Shown: piece after piece, positions 1 through 12,300 of the stretch | Position numbering within the stretch: position 1 is the first letter of the stretch | How the letters are laid out: every line of letters starts with the position of its first letter | NCBI GenBank assembly: GCA_011109175.1 | Contig: RDEW01000057.1 | Coordinates: forward strand, 117,904 to 181,903 | Direction of reading: 5' to 3' | Source of the DNA: Dicyema japonicum | Taxonomy: Eukaryota; Animalia; Dicyemida | DNA length: 64,000 nt | Position numbers and translations under genes: made by a program | The notes under the pieces: generated by a model | What the model saw: only the letters and a program-made list of their open reading frames with translations | Database searches by the model: none | Told to the model about the DNA's origin: nothing

Positions 1-919
1 GATTTATGAGGAAAATATTTAACAACACATGTCGAGGTAGGCCAATTGCCCCTTGGACTCAAAGACAAGTCGAATGGTAAATTATAAGTTATAATTTTGT
101 AGATTCAATCAGTATAAAACGTTTGATGTCTTCGGCATCCTCGTCTAAAGGCTCGAGGTGTTGAAACTATTAAATAATATGGAAGAAACTTTATATGAAC
201 GAGAGATTGTGGGTTGAATGAAATAGTCATTGATTCCTTGCAATAGAGTTCCAAGTTTGCAATAATGTTCCAAATCACTTGGGTGATTTAAGCCGGAATG
301 ATATTAACATTTTTAATACATCATAGTTGAAAGGTTCTTTTTCCAAACATTCGAACAATCGGGGATTCTAACATGTTCAAGTATGGAGAAGTATCCAGCT
401 GACTATAAGGCTGCATAATAATCCCGTTCATAGCCTATATTTTCTTGATATCAGAAATTTCTCCATTGACAAAATTCTTTTAATACTAATACAAATAATA
501 AACCTGCAAATTTGATATGCTTCCTAGACTATCGATGTGATTCAAATAATATTAGTTTTTTAGAATTAAAAATGAGATTTCTTTATGAATTGATAGAAAA
601 TTCATCATGATATTTTCTAACAACAGACTTATTCTTTTCAGGGTTATTTTTGATTGAACGCAGCATCACATTAAATTATAATAATTGATTCCACTCAAGT
701 ATTTTATTTAAAAACACGAAAAAATAAAAAATCAATGAAAATTTTGACTTTATTGATCTAAAAAAGTAAATTTCTACACTTTTTGACATTACCCAAAATT
801 TTGACTGTTTGACTTTTTAACTTGATTTGTATAATATTTTTGATTAAAAACTACATTTTTTATAAGTTTTAAACAATTTTAAAAAACATATCAATTTTTG
901 ACTTTATTGAAAAAATCGC

Positions 920-1600
920 CCTGGTCATGACGTTCCAACAGATTGATCTAATTAATCTGAAAAAATTTCAGTGTCAACCAAAGATATTAATAGATCCTAT
1001 TCGTTACTGATGTATACAGTCGGTAATAAAATTATACATAACCACGTTAGTTTTGCTTTTGCAAGGACGTTGTTAAATAAGTCGACATTTGAAGTATGTC
1101 AGAATTTGGAGTACCTTTTCCACTTATATGGATCTTGTCAAATTCTGCAGTCGGACAACGGGACTGAATTTAAAAATTCCAACATTTAAGCTTTATGTGA
1201 GAAATTCAGAATATGTCACAGCCATGGAAAACCAACAATCATAGATCTCAAGTTTGTATACAAAATAATTTTTAGGGAATAGTGGAACGTTTCAATCAAA
1301 CGTTGACAAGATCAATATCTAAACTTATTTATGGGAATCAAAGTTTACCGCTAAAATACGACAATGATCTCTTTTTCAAATGAAACGCAATTCAAACGGT
1401 TTCGCGGAATTTTTGGAACAAATTACTTGCAAAAGATAAAATGCGAAGGTACTACATTTAATTTTTATCATTATGGAATCACAATTTTGTAGAATCCTTT
1501 AATTTTGAGATAACACCAATTGGAGACGACGAGCAATACTATCGACCGATGAATAGATGAATGGGTGTACATTGTAGTAAGTACAATTATGCAATTGGAG
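920..1600 (+). mobile_element. Decayed DDE integrase (rve) transposase, Ginger/GIN-like, with two micro-introns
   Basis: Motifs QIDLIN, ILFVTDVYSR|FAFAR, ILQSDNGTEFKN, HGKP..SQ|GIVERFNQTL. GT-AG introns at 1023-1050 (28 nt) and 1252-1275 (24 nt) restore the motifs. Stops and frameshifts elsewhere. Confidence 0.7.
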
Positions 1601-1925
1601 AACAAGTTACATTTTTGGTGTATTTAATTAAGGTACGAATGCGAAAGATCATGGAACTAACCCAGCATTGATGAATCCAAATATTCTTATGATTGCAAAA
1701 TAGTCTCTGTCTTATCTAAATAACGTGTAGAGGTAATTTTCAAATGTATTTATAGGTTGAATTTTCTGATGGAAGATCGGTCTTAATATCAAGAATATAA
1801 AAATAATTGTTTTTTTATTATATTAAATAAATTCTTTGTTAAATCTAGCAATTATTAGCTTGTTACCATGGAAACACGTAAGAACAGATTGCCTATAGGC
1901 ATCAAGCCACCCATGTGAGATAATA

Positions 1926-2754
1926 TTAGTAATTGAATATTCCAACCTGTAAAGGATGAAAACGACTTCTATTATATTTTATTAGGTAAATGATGGCAGA
2001 GATCACAACTATCCCGCCAATTACACAAACTGGTAGTGGAGAATTGTTTTCTAAAATTAACTTAATATTACTCAATGTATCACATTTTACTGTACTGTGA
2101 ATTGTAACTGTAATTAATTTTGAAATCATATGGGAAGTTGATTTGAATCGAAGATTTCTTTCAAAGTCACATCCGAGTGCTAAATGTCAGTATTATAAGT
2201 TACTGTTTCCAGTAAATGTTGTCTTATTATCTGTTTTAAATAGTTGCATTTTCATGTCTTTAATTTTTATAATTCCATATTTAGGAATAGTTATTACTAT
2301 TTCACTGCAGTTGTAATAACCGTTATTTAAAATTTTCGAACTTGGAGTAAACATAAATGTAGTATTATAAATAAGTGATAATCCCCAAGAAATATAAGAA
2401 ATATTATTTGATCTATTGGAAACGAATATAGTAAATTCTACATCATTTTTCTTCCACGTGAGCTCACTAGGAAAATGTTCAGAAAAATCAAAATCAAAAA
2501 TAGCATCGTTTAAATTTTCATATTTCATCTTTTATTAAATATAATGTGACTACAGTATTATTAATTTTATATTCAACTTCAATTATTCCACTAAATAAAG
2601 TTAATACTTGGTTGTTTTTTGTGGCACCCCATAATGTTACATTATTACGCAATTTTTCAAAAGTATTAATATTCCACCTCACTAATTTATTGCTTACTAA
2701 ACAGGTATATATTACTATTATTAATTTATTTTATAAACCTAGTAATTGGAGCAT
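1926..2754 (-). CDS. Type I membrane glycoprotein, LAMP-like
   Basis: ATG at 2754; intron 2715-2738 joins the signal peptide MLQLLVIYTCLVS to ORF 2193-2528. Many N-x-S/T sites; YYNC...IKDMKMQLFKTDN..F...C resembles the LAMP domain; C-terminal TM PLPVCVIGGIVVISAIIYLI-KYNR. The 3' junction needs an intron and a probable 1-nt fix. Confidence 0.45.
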
Positions 2755-4050
2755 ACTCACAGCAAATGTTATAGTTATGAATCAAAATTTTTATATTTAA
2801 ATTTAAAATAATAAATATTTTAAATTTAATTAACAAATAATACAGTGTTAATGTTGTCTTAGAAAATTTCGTTTTTTTGGGAGCGAAACTTACGCACCCT
2901 CTCAATACCCGCTATTATCCAGTCCGAATTCCCAGAGGTCGTTGAAAAGGTTGACAGGGGAACAATTGTGGTTCTTTTAGTTGACAGATTGATACTGATA
3001 TCTAATTTACTCAACGTTAAGGTAAACCACATCGAATATTTAAAATTTTTGTTAAATATAAAATTATGTTTTGAAGTTTATCACATGACGATGTTTTTCT
3101 CGTATCAGAAATTATCCCTAAAAAATAATTATCACTAAAAAATAAATATTTCTCGGTAAAACTCTCACAGTTCGACTTCTAATTAAGGCACGTAATGCCC
3201 CAAAATCAAAGGTTTCCCCAAAACAGAGGTTTTCCATATATCTCGATGAATAAAGAAAAAAAACATTATAGTTTAAAGTAATCAGTTATTTTCTCTCCAA
3301 ATTAATATTTATTTTTTATTCCACCCTTCACTTTCTGTTTGAATTTCTAAAAATCAAAAAGATAGTCTGGAATCAATAATGTTTGCTTTCGAGCTTAAAG
3401 TTTTTGATATTGATGGTTCACATTCTCTATCCTTATAGAGATATGCATCATTATACTACTGCATAGTTGCTGAACATTCTACAGTTTTCATTTCTCTTTA
3501 AAATGGAAACACCGCTCTGTATGTAAACTGAAAATTTTTCCGTCCTGTAGGGAATTATCTACACCTACAATCGGAGGTGCATGTTTCCATACTGGTATCA
3601 TACTAAAGACAAATTCACATATACATGAGGATCTTTTAGGATATCAAAGACTAATGTGATGGTTTTGTTAATTAAAATATCACTTTGTAGTCTGGCTATG
3701 AGCTTGCTCTGAAAGTCTTAAATTTATGTTAAATACGTTCTTTAACGACAGTATGAGTCTGATTCAGTTTTTTCTCTTTCAGCAACGCTTGGAAACATTC
3801 AATTCAGGAATTTGTCAAAATCTTATCTCTAATAAGTCTATATTACCTTTTGGTTTAATATACTATTCTAAGTTTATAATCCGAAAATTTTCTTTTAATT
3901 GAATTTTAAAGTTTTTTTTACAAATTCAACTAATTCGTTATCAGTAGATTTGTAAAGAAAGAGTGGCAAGAAGCGTACAATAGCTCCAAACAATGAAGTT
4001 GGAAAATTAAAATATGATTAATTATTATCGTTTAATTTGACTTTAATTAA

Positions 4051-4219
4051 ATGTATTTTATTATTTTAATTATTTATTGTGCTGTTGTGCACGCATCCAA
4101 AACTTCCCTGACCAATTCCTCTGATGAAGATTGCATTATGAAAACTATTCCGCTAAAGAATGAGGTGATGTCCGCGACGGTCGGACGTGGGACAAACATG
4201 GAAGAGGGCGGATCTACTT
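4051..4219 (+). CDS. 5' part of a possible secreted protein, cut by the gap
   Basis: MYFIILIIYCAVVHA signal-peptide-like start after an AT-rich tract; runs into Ns. Confidence 0.35.
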
Positions 4220-4878
4220 NNNNNNNNNNNNNNNNNNNNNNNNNNNNNNNNNNNNNNNNNNNNNNNNNNNNNNNNNNNNNNNNNNNNNNNNNNNNNNNNN
4301 NNNNNNNNNNNNNNNNNNNNNNNNNNNNNNNNNNNNNNNNNNNNNNNNNNNNNNNNNNNNNNNNNNNNNNNNNNNNNNNNNNNNNNNNNNNNNNNNNNNN
4401 NNNNNNNNNNNNNNNNNNNNNNNNNNNNNNNNNNNNNNNNNNNNNNNNNNNNNNNNNNNNNNNNNNNNNNNNNNNNNNNNNNNNNNNNNNNNNNNNNNNN
4501 NNNNNNNNNNNNNNNNNNNNNNNNNNNNNNNNNNNNNNNNNNNNNNNNNNNNNNNNNNNNNNNNNNNNNNNNNNNNNNNNNNNNNNNNNNNNNNNNNNNN
4601 NNNNNNNNNNNNNNNNNNNNNNNNNNNNNNNNNNNNNNNNNNNNNNNNNNNNNNNNNNNNNNNNNNNNNNNNNNNNNNNNNNNNNNNNNNNNNNNNNNNN
4701 NNNNNNNNNNNNNNNNNNNNNNNNNNNNNNNNNNNNNNNNNNNNNNNNNNNNNNNNNNNNNNNNNNNNNNNNNNNNNNNNNNNNNNNNNNNNNNNNNNNN
4801 NNNNNNNNNNNNNNNNNNNNNNNNNNNNNNNNNNNNNNNNNNNNNNNNNNNNNNNNNNNNNNNNNNNNNNNNNNNNNN
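4220..4878. other. Assembly gap (659 N)
   Basis: Run of N. Confidence 0.99.
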
Positions 4879-4929
4879 AAAAATTATAAATTGGTTACTG
4901 AGATATAAATTCTAAAATTTTTTATTAAA

Positions 4930-6790
4930 TATTGCAGAATACTTGTAATTGAAATCTGCAGAATACTTGTAATGAAAAGGTAAATGATGTTGTGATATGT
5001 TGTCTTAAGCAATGCTTTGTAAAATACCAAGAATTATGTGTCCGAACAACGCCCACTTATTTAAAGATATTTCATTAACCAGAAAACTGCTGCCGAAAAT
5101 ATTAATGAAATATCTTTGAATTTGAAACACAAATTAAAAACTGAATAGTTAAAATTAAACTAGTTTTCAATTACGATCGATGAAACAGTCTACGTTGTTA
5201 AAATTGCACAATTTGCAATCTTTGTTAGAGTCTGTGATTCAGATTTTAATATTTCTGAATAATTTCTCGTACTGGAACCAATGCACGATACTAGTACAAG
5301 TAAAGATATCTTCGTAAAATTACTACAAATTCTTCTTTACTATGTGTTGATTTGAAGAAGCTTGTATGTTTGAGCACCGATGGCGCATCGAACTATTATT
5401 AAAAAGCACTCTTGAGAAAACATAAAATTAGTTAAATTCCCTTGTGTTGTATTCCGAATCATCCTCTCCGTTTGCTCAACCATGATTTTCCGTTGCGCAT
5501 TAGTTCTCTTAGGTAGTTCATGTGTCCCCCATTTCCATTATAATTTCAGATGCTGATCACACTATTGTAGCACAGCAAATCAGATCCTTATGGACTGAAA
5601 ATCCGAAACCATAATGTCGGCAGACCAGAGGGAGAGTAAAAAAGTGGAATCTGCCAAACAGTTCTGTTGATTGTACGGTCGTTTTGTCTTTTGTAACAGC
5701 AGACAGAGATATCATATTTTGTTAGATTGCATGCCAGTTGATGTTTCTGTAAGGTTGTTTAAGTCTTCTGCAATAAAAAGATCGAAGAGTGAACGGAGAA
5801 GTCAGTAAGTAAAACGAATAAGACATAGTGCAATAGAAACGTCGTCACCACTTCAACCAAAAGAATCGAAAATAGTTGAAGAAATATATTCATCAGCAAA
5901 ATTTGTGCATAAAGTTTTTAAATGGAAAATGAGTTCAGTTTAAACACGTAAACAGTAATCTATATCAGAGGTCGTGCTTTCAACAACCAAAGGTTTATTG
6001 AACAGCCATAGATATGAATAATCAGTTCAGCTAATTTTTTTATACTACAGTCCGTTGGTAGTCACTTCACAGTAATGATAAGATTTCATTTTCTGAGACC
6101 GAAAATAATTCTAATTATGCCAAAACACAGACAAAATGAAATGTCAATCTTTGTTCAAAGATTTGGCATTTTCAGTGGATATTACCACACATATCAAAAA
6201 ACTTAATTTTTTATTGCAGGGTAATTACAAACTCATTACTCAGTTGTCATATTATTTCAAATGTTTTATTTCGAAAATATGATTATGGAAGTCTCGACGA
6301 TTAAATAAACATTTTGTTTACTTTACTCGTGCAAAGAGCTAAAAAGTACAGTGGTGCACTTACTGTAAGTAATTTTTCCAAGTGTGAATGAGAACTTGAA
6401 TCGCTATCAAAAGAATTTCAAAAAAGATTAATGATTTCTCGTCTTTTGATCAACATACTCGTTTAATATTTCCATGCATATTGAAGCTTATAAATGGAAC
6501 AATTCGAAATCCGATCAGATTCTATACTTAAGTTAAGTAATTGGCGGTTGGAGTATCTGCTTTCTTTATATATATTACTGAAAGTTTAAAAACTTTAACA
6601 AGGTTCGACAAAAATCATTGCTATGTTTGGTGTGTGAACAGCTTTTTCAATTATGAAATTGAAAAAAACTGCTCTAAGAACAAGACTCATAAATGACAAA
6701 GATCCTGTCTTTGGTCTATCCTAGTGAACATTTTAAACCTTAAAGATTTAATATTACTAACATGCATTTATCGCACTTAATCTCACTTGC
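4930..6790 (+). mobile_element. Decayed hAT transposase (GTF2IRD2/SPIN-like), related to 49754-51473
   Basis: Remnants IDET..V..IAQFAIFVR, STDGA, VRWXS and AMFG..CEQLFSIMK. Clear nucleotide similarity to 50000-51250; interrupted by unrelated sequence near 5400-5890. Confidence 0.75.
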
Positions 6791-8632
6791 AGTAAGCTTT
6801 CACAGACACAATGAATGCTATAGTTTATAACAGCAATATACTCAATTTCAACTTGATAATGTAATTTATATTATTGTTTCAGGATAACGATAATCCGTTT
6901 TTTTTATAGATATACAAATTATCCCGCAATCGACTATTGACCACCATACTTTACTCGCTATGTGCAAAAGAGTCTGATTTTTAAATAATAATTCGCCATG
7001 TTTGGATTTTTCAAAGTCGTTCGCGAGCAAGAGTCATGAAACTTTCTCTTCAAGTTATTACAGATGGGAATGACGCCAAAGTTGATTAGATGGAAGGATA
7101 CATGTAAACTATCATTCTAATCCAGTATAGTGATGAGGCCATATCTCTTTCTTCACTAAAATTTAAGTGAAAAACTTCGGTGGGTCAAAAATTATTCGCA
7201 AGGACATCATTAAATTACCTATTCATTAAGATGGAAATGTTTCAATGTATCTAAATGAATTGACTTTCCTAGAATATTAACAAAATTAACTTACCTGTCA
7301 GTTATGTCTTGGACTGGCTACGAAATTACAGATTGAATATATATATCTCCGACTAGAATTAATTGAATAATTTTTGTTAGTGTTATCATTTTGACAATAA
7401 GTAAATTTATTCTAAAACGTCTGATACACTAATGTTTCGAGCTCATATCCTATGACAAAATTTGGAAGAAATCAGCGTTGTAATAATTTTGATGATTGTA
7501 CTTACTATGAATTCGCGTCCATTTAAAGTCGATACAATAAATGCTTTTAATATCATCCTATAATAATGTTTACTTATGTTGTTACACGGCTTCCTGGTTG
7601 ATGGGTTCTCTTCAGTTATCAATATGATGTAATCTGATTTACAATTCTGGAGAACTTAATCGCTAGATAGAACTGAGGAGAAAGTCATATATTTTTACTT
7701 CATTGGGTCACAAAAGTTTATTTACTTTCCTCTTGTCTTTGATGGAATTCTGGGTGATTTTTGATAAGCATATCATTTTACGTTTGAAATTCTAGAAACT
7801 GGATATTCTTAATTTTCTGATATTGAGCATTCTTGCCAAAAACGGAGATTATCGGATGTTCTATTTATGAATTAATAATATCTGTAGAAACCCTAACGTG
7901 GCTTCGCAGAGCGGATTATTCTACATAGATTCCTATATATCTCCCAAACCAATTGTTTATAAAACACTAAAGTCCCTGTTATTTCTTATGACTGGGGTTG
8001 CTACTATTTTTAGAGAGAGAACTAAAAACACTAGTAAGTAGTTGAAAATAACCACACATAGAAGGGACTGTCTCACCCCAAAATATCTGTTCTCAACATA
8101 CATGATCAAGTCAACTCATGCAAACAACTGTGCGAGAAACCAATAGAAAGTTATTAACAAAAATGGCACGAAAAAAATATCAGAACGTTCATTAAGTGAA
8201 TTAACGAAAATACTACGAAAATATTATACGTGGTAAACATCTTTTCTCTATACTGATGCTAGCCGAACTTGCAAAGAGTCGCAAGTCATCTTCTCAGTCC
8301 TTTCAGTATCCTCATCCATCTTCCTTTTCAGGTCTTCCAACATAGAGGGCACAATCAGTTCTTCACGTTCTTTCAGACTCTCCTTCTTACCATTAATTTT
8401 CACAACTCTCATATGGAAGCACACCATTAGTTCATCCCTCTGATTGTCTCAATATTTCACATAAGGGAGTAAGCATATTCAATAATTTGCCTTGACAAAT
8501 GCAGGTCTTCATTCTACTTTAAATCAGCAGTCGATTTAATGTAGCGTATTTTCTTAGTCCCTCTGTATTCTCGTACTGTCGTGCATACTACTTGAATACC
8601 TCTTATAATATCTTATTGATATTCTAATAATA

Positions 8633-8874
8633 TTCAGAAATTTCATCTAAGGCTTCTCGAAGCACTCATGTATAAGTTCTTCCAACTGTTATATTTTTTT
8701 CAGTACATGTTAATATTTGGATATCTTGAGGGTTTCAAGTTCTCGCACGTGTATTCAGAAATTTCATCTAAGGCTTCTCGAAGCACTCATGTATAAGTTC
8801 CTCCAACTGTTATATTTTTTTCAGTACATGTTAATATTTGGATATCTTGAGGGTTTCAAGTTCTCGCACGTGTT
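8633..8874 (+). repeat. Near-perfect 121-bp tandem duplication
   Basis: tttcatctaaggcttctcgaagcactc... at 8641 recurs at 8762. Confidence 0.9.
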
Positions 8875-9324
8875 TTTTAAATGTTAAGCATTTGTAGTGA
8901 AATTTTGGAGACATAACTATAGTCAAAATAAAAGACTCACTCGTGGAGGGTTGGATTCATGTATGCTAATAGGGATGTTTCCATTCCTGCCTTAGATATT
9001 ACTGTATATAATTGATATTTCTATTTACTTCCAACAGCCTCAAATACTACGGGTTTAATTTTTGTCCCGATATAATTCCATGTCATCACGCACGGTTTAT
9101 TAACAAAATTTACAAGATTCAAATATCGTAAAAAAAGATCGCTTGAAGAAAAGCGAACTTGGCGAAGGACTTTGGTTGAGAAAAGTTTCTAAATGGAGTG
9201 ATCAGAGGGAAAGCTTACGCAATCCTCTTATCTAAAAAACTTAATTGTTTTTAATTGTATTAATAAACTTATATAAGGTTGATATAGCTTAATGGATCCT
9301 TCTTAGTCTGTCTGGGATTAGAGA

Positions 9325-12300
9325 TCATATTAAAGTGAAATTATTCCAAAGAGAATAGTAAAACCAAACTAACTAGTTCCGTAATCCTGACGACTTACAG
9401 TAGATTCCTCATTCAAGCACATTGATCCAGAAGGCATTGTCAGGGAAACTGAAGTCAAAGCCAAAACTAATAGCCATGAAGGGAAATTGTCACCTGATTG
9501 AATAAAGAAATGTATCTTTTTGAATGTACCGCCTGTTTATGTTCGTCTGAAATGTCTCTCCCAGCGTATTCGAGGAGCACCTCGACTTGTAGATCAGGAG
9601 TATCCTCGGCATCCTTCACATAAATGTAGCCAATCAAAACAGTAATGGACTTGGATATAAAATCCAAAAAAACCTTGAAACACGAGATTACCAGACTCTT
9701 ATTTGACACAGAGCTCGTACCCTTCGAATAAGCCTTTATTAGGCAAAACAGCTGCCCAAACAGTTTGACAGCGAATTCGGGGAATGATGGAAGATCAAAG
9801 TAAAGTAGTTCAGTCAGGCATTTAATCGACAGTTCAACAATCTACCACCATCTCCACCTTAAAATTAGAGCTCATCGTGAAATTGCTGATAAAAGGCAGC
9901 AATGGATCCAACAATTCTCTATGACTGATGTCCTCTCTACTCATCCTCCCCCGTTTTACAAGCAGATACAGCAACTACAGTACATATAGACAGTAATACC
10001 AAAAGTCCGCATTCCTTGAACACATCATGTGCAGCTTCATCTGTGAATATTTTATAAACTTCAAAAAACAGATTCTCCACTGTGAATCTGTCATTATTTA
10101 CGAGTGTGGCAGCAATTCGACTAAGCAGTTCCCCAACTTTGTTAACTACACTACGTTTCGTGAGTTTGATCCCAGTCATCAGTTCTCTAATAGGTTCAAT
10201 CAACGCAGAGAGTGTGGAAGATCCAACAAAGCGGCACATCAAAGTGAAAACTTCCAAAAGTCCCGATTTTTTGGCTTCGGGAGTCTTGCCGATGATTGCA
10301 TCCACCTTCTTAGACTCAGAAACCTTTCCAAACGGATCTTCAATAAAGATTTACCATCAAGACCCACCACTACCTCTGGCACAATCCTAGTACACTCCTC
10401 ATTTAGTAGAACTGTCTCCTCTAAACCAATCTTCTCCAATATTCCATGTACGGTGTGACTCAAAATAAAAATCTACATGTAAACACGCGACACCTAAAAT
10501 CCCGTCGAAAGTTGACTCCTCAGTGTCTCCAATACAAACAACAGTTTTGATGACCCAACGAAGGATGTTAGGTCTATAAGAGTCCCACGTGCTATCCTCC
10601 TGACTGAATAATTATGAGAAATCAGTAATTGAGTCAAACTGAGCACTATTCTGACCAAATTCATTTGTAGTGCAGCAGGAAACAGCAAAAGTAGCTTTGT
10701 CATAACAAGAGCGAGTGGAATGACTCCAAGTCTCAGTTTGGCGACCTCACTAAATTTATGAATGACTCTTTTAGTAACTCTCGTCTAAAATGACAGGAAG
10801 GGATACATTGTTCATCAGATTGTACATAATCTCCAAATGTGACATTAATGTCTTGTAAATTATGCTCGACTCCTCAGAGCTCACCACAACAGTCCAATCG
10901 CCTCCCCCGATCATGGCCTTCAAGTTAAAGACCAATTCTTGGTCACCCTCGTCGTCCCCATCCAAAACAACATTGGAAGGGGTATATGTTCGCAAATCAT
11001 CAATTCCATGCAAGTCAAAGTGAAACGAATCCACCACGACTCCGATAGCCCTACAATCACAACAACCTCCAACTTTACAGACCACTCCTGTCCATCAGTC
11101 ATAGTATTAGAAGAAATCATGGCAAGGTAACGCTCAAACACATAATTCCACTCCTCCCAATTGAGTTGTCTACAGACCGCCCCAATGGCAGAAAATGTCC
11201 AGTCGATGTATGAAGCCAATGTCGAAGAAGTCAGAGTCTAATTTTTATTGAAACCTCCATTAACGACAAAGAAGGACTCAAAGAGGGGGAGAAAGAAACG
11301 AACGAAATACTCAGATGGTACCCTTACCTCGCTCAGAACCCTCACAAAATTGGACAAGGCCTTGCATCTTCGGCTGACCTGCAAGTAAGTCGTCAGCAAC
11401 CTGCATATATGTCACATTGAAGAAGAAGTCTCTTCCAGAAGTAAAGTCATCATCGAGTAGATCTCTAAGACTGAAGTATCTTTCGTCCCCAAAGTTGACC
11501 ACCAGTATTCTAAGGACACCAATGAAAAAATCCCGAGAAGTCTGAAGTGATTAACCAAATCTACATGAGTCACAGATTTGAAGATGAGATCATCAAACTC
11601 ATCCAGAGTGGAGGTGACGACATCGGTGGGGACAATTCCACTCCTCAAATACTTAACTAATTGATCTACCGCAGAATAAGCCTCATTTCTCACAGCCCTG
11701 TCATCAAACTGACAATTTGAGGACCAAAGTCTACCTTTTTGACCAAATAATTGCAGTTATGTAGTAGCAAATATATACCAAGTAACCCAAGTCTATGTGA
11801 TGTGGACAGCTCCCTAAAAGCCACAAATCCTCTATCAATCGAATCATAATTGGGATCATTTATGCTTTGCTGTGAGGGAGTGTTAATCTAAAGTCTTATG
11901 ACATAATTACATCTTCTATTATCGAATGCAACAGCTCAGCCTCCTCGTATCCACCAGACATTGCCTAAAAATGCCGCCAAATCAATACTCGGGTGATTTC
12001 GACCAAAGTTCTTCTATCATCAAAGGCATCAGTAGTGGAGAAAAGTCTTGCAAATGGGCTATAATAGACTAAATATGACTACCACACAATATTGGAGTAA
12101 TCATCCACTTTAAGAATCAACTTCAACACCAAATTTAGCAGATAATTCGAAAAGTCACGTGCAGTGCCCAGCAAGGTAAAAATCAACTGTACAAACTTGG
12201 CTGACTGCTCCGGACTTGTCACCAGTCCATTCACCTGTGATCAATTATGGTCCCCAACCTTTCCAATAAAGGAAATTCATGCTTACAAACATCACTAATC

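Noticed and set aside
1-700. Tc1-like SPYLNMLE motif on the minus strand
   Set aside because: A single weak motif among many stops; not enough to call.
4051-4915. 285-aa and 242-aa ORFs in the track
   Set aside because: Their length is an artefact of translating through Ns.
10027-10458. 143-aa plus-strand ORF (also 31604-31816, 32539-32931, 61362-61619)
   Set aside because: Antisense shadows of real minus-strand genes.
11480-11530. Non-canonical GT-TG intron in UTP20
   Set aside because: A canonical 23-nt intron slightly upstream (gtagatttggttaatcacttcag) explains the frame change.
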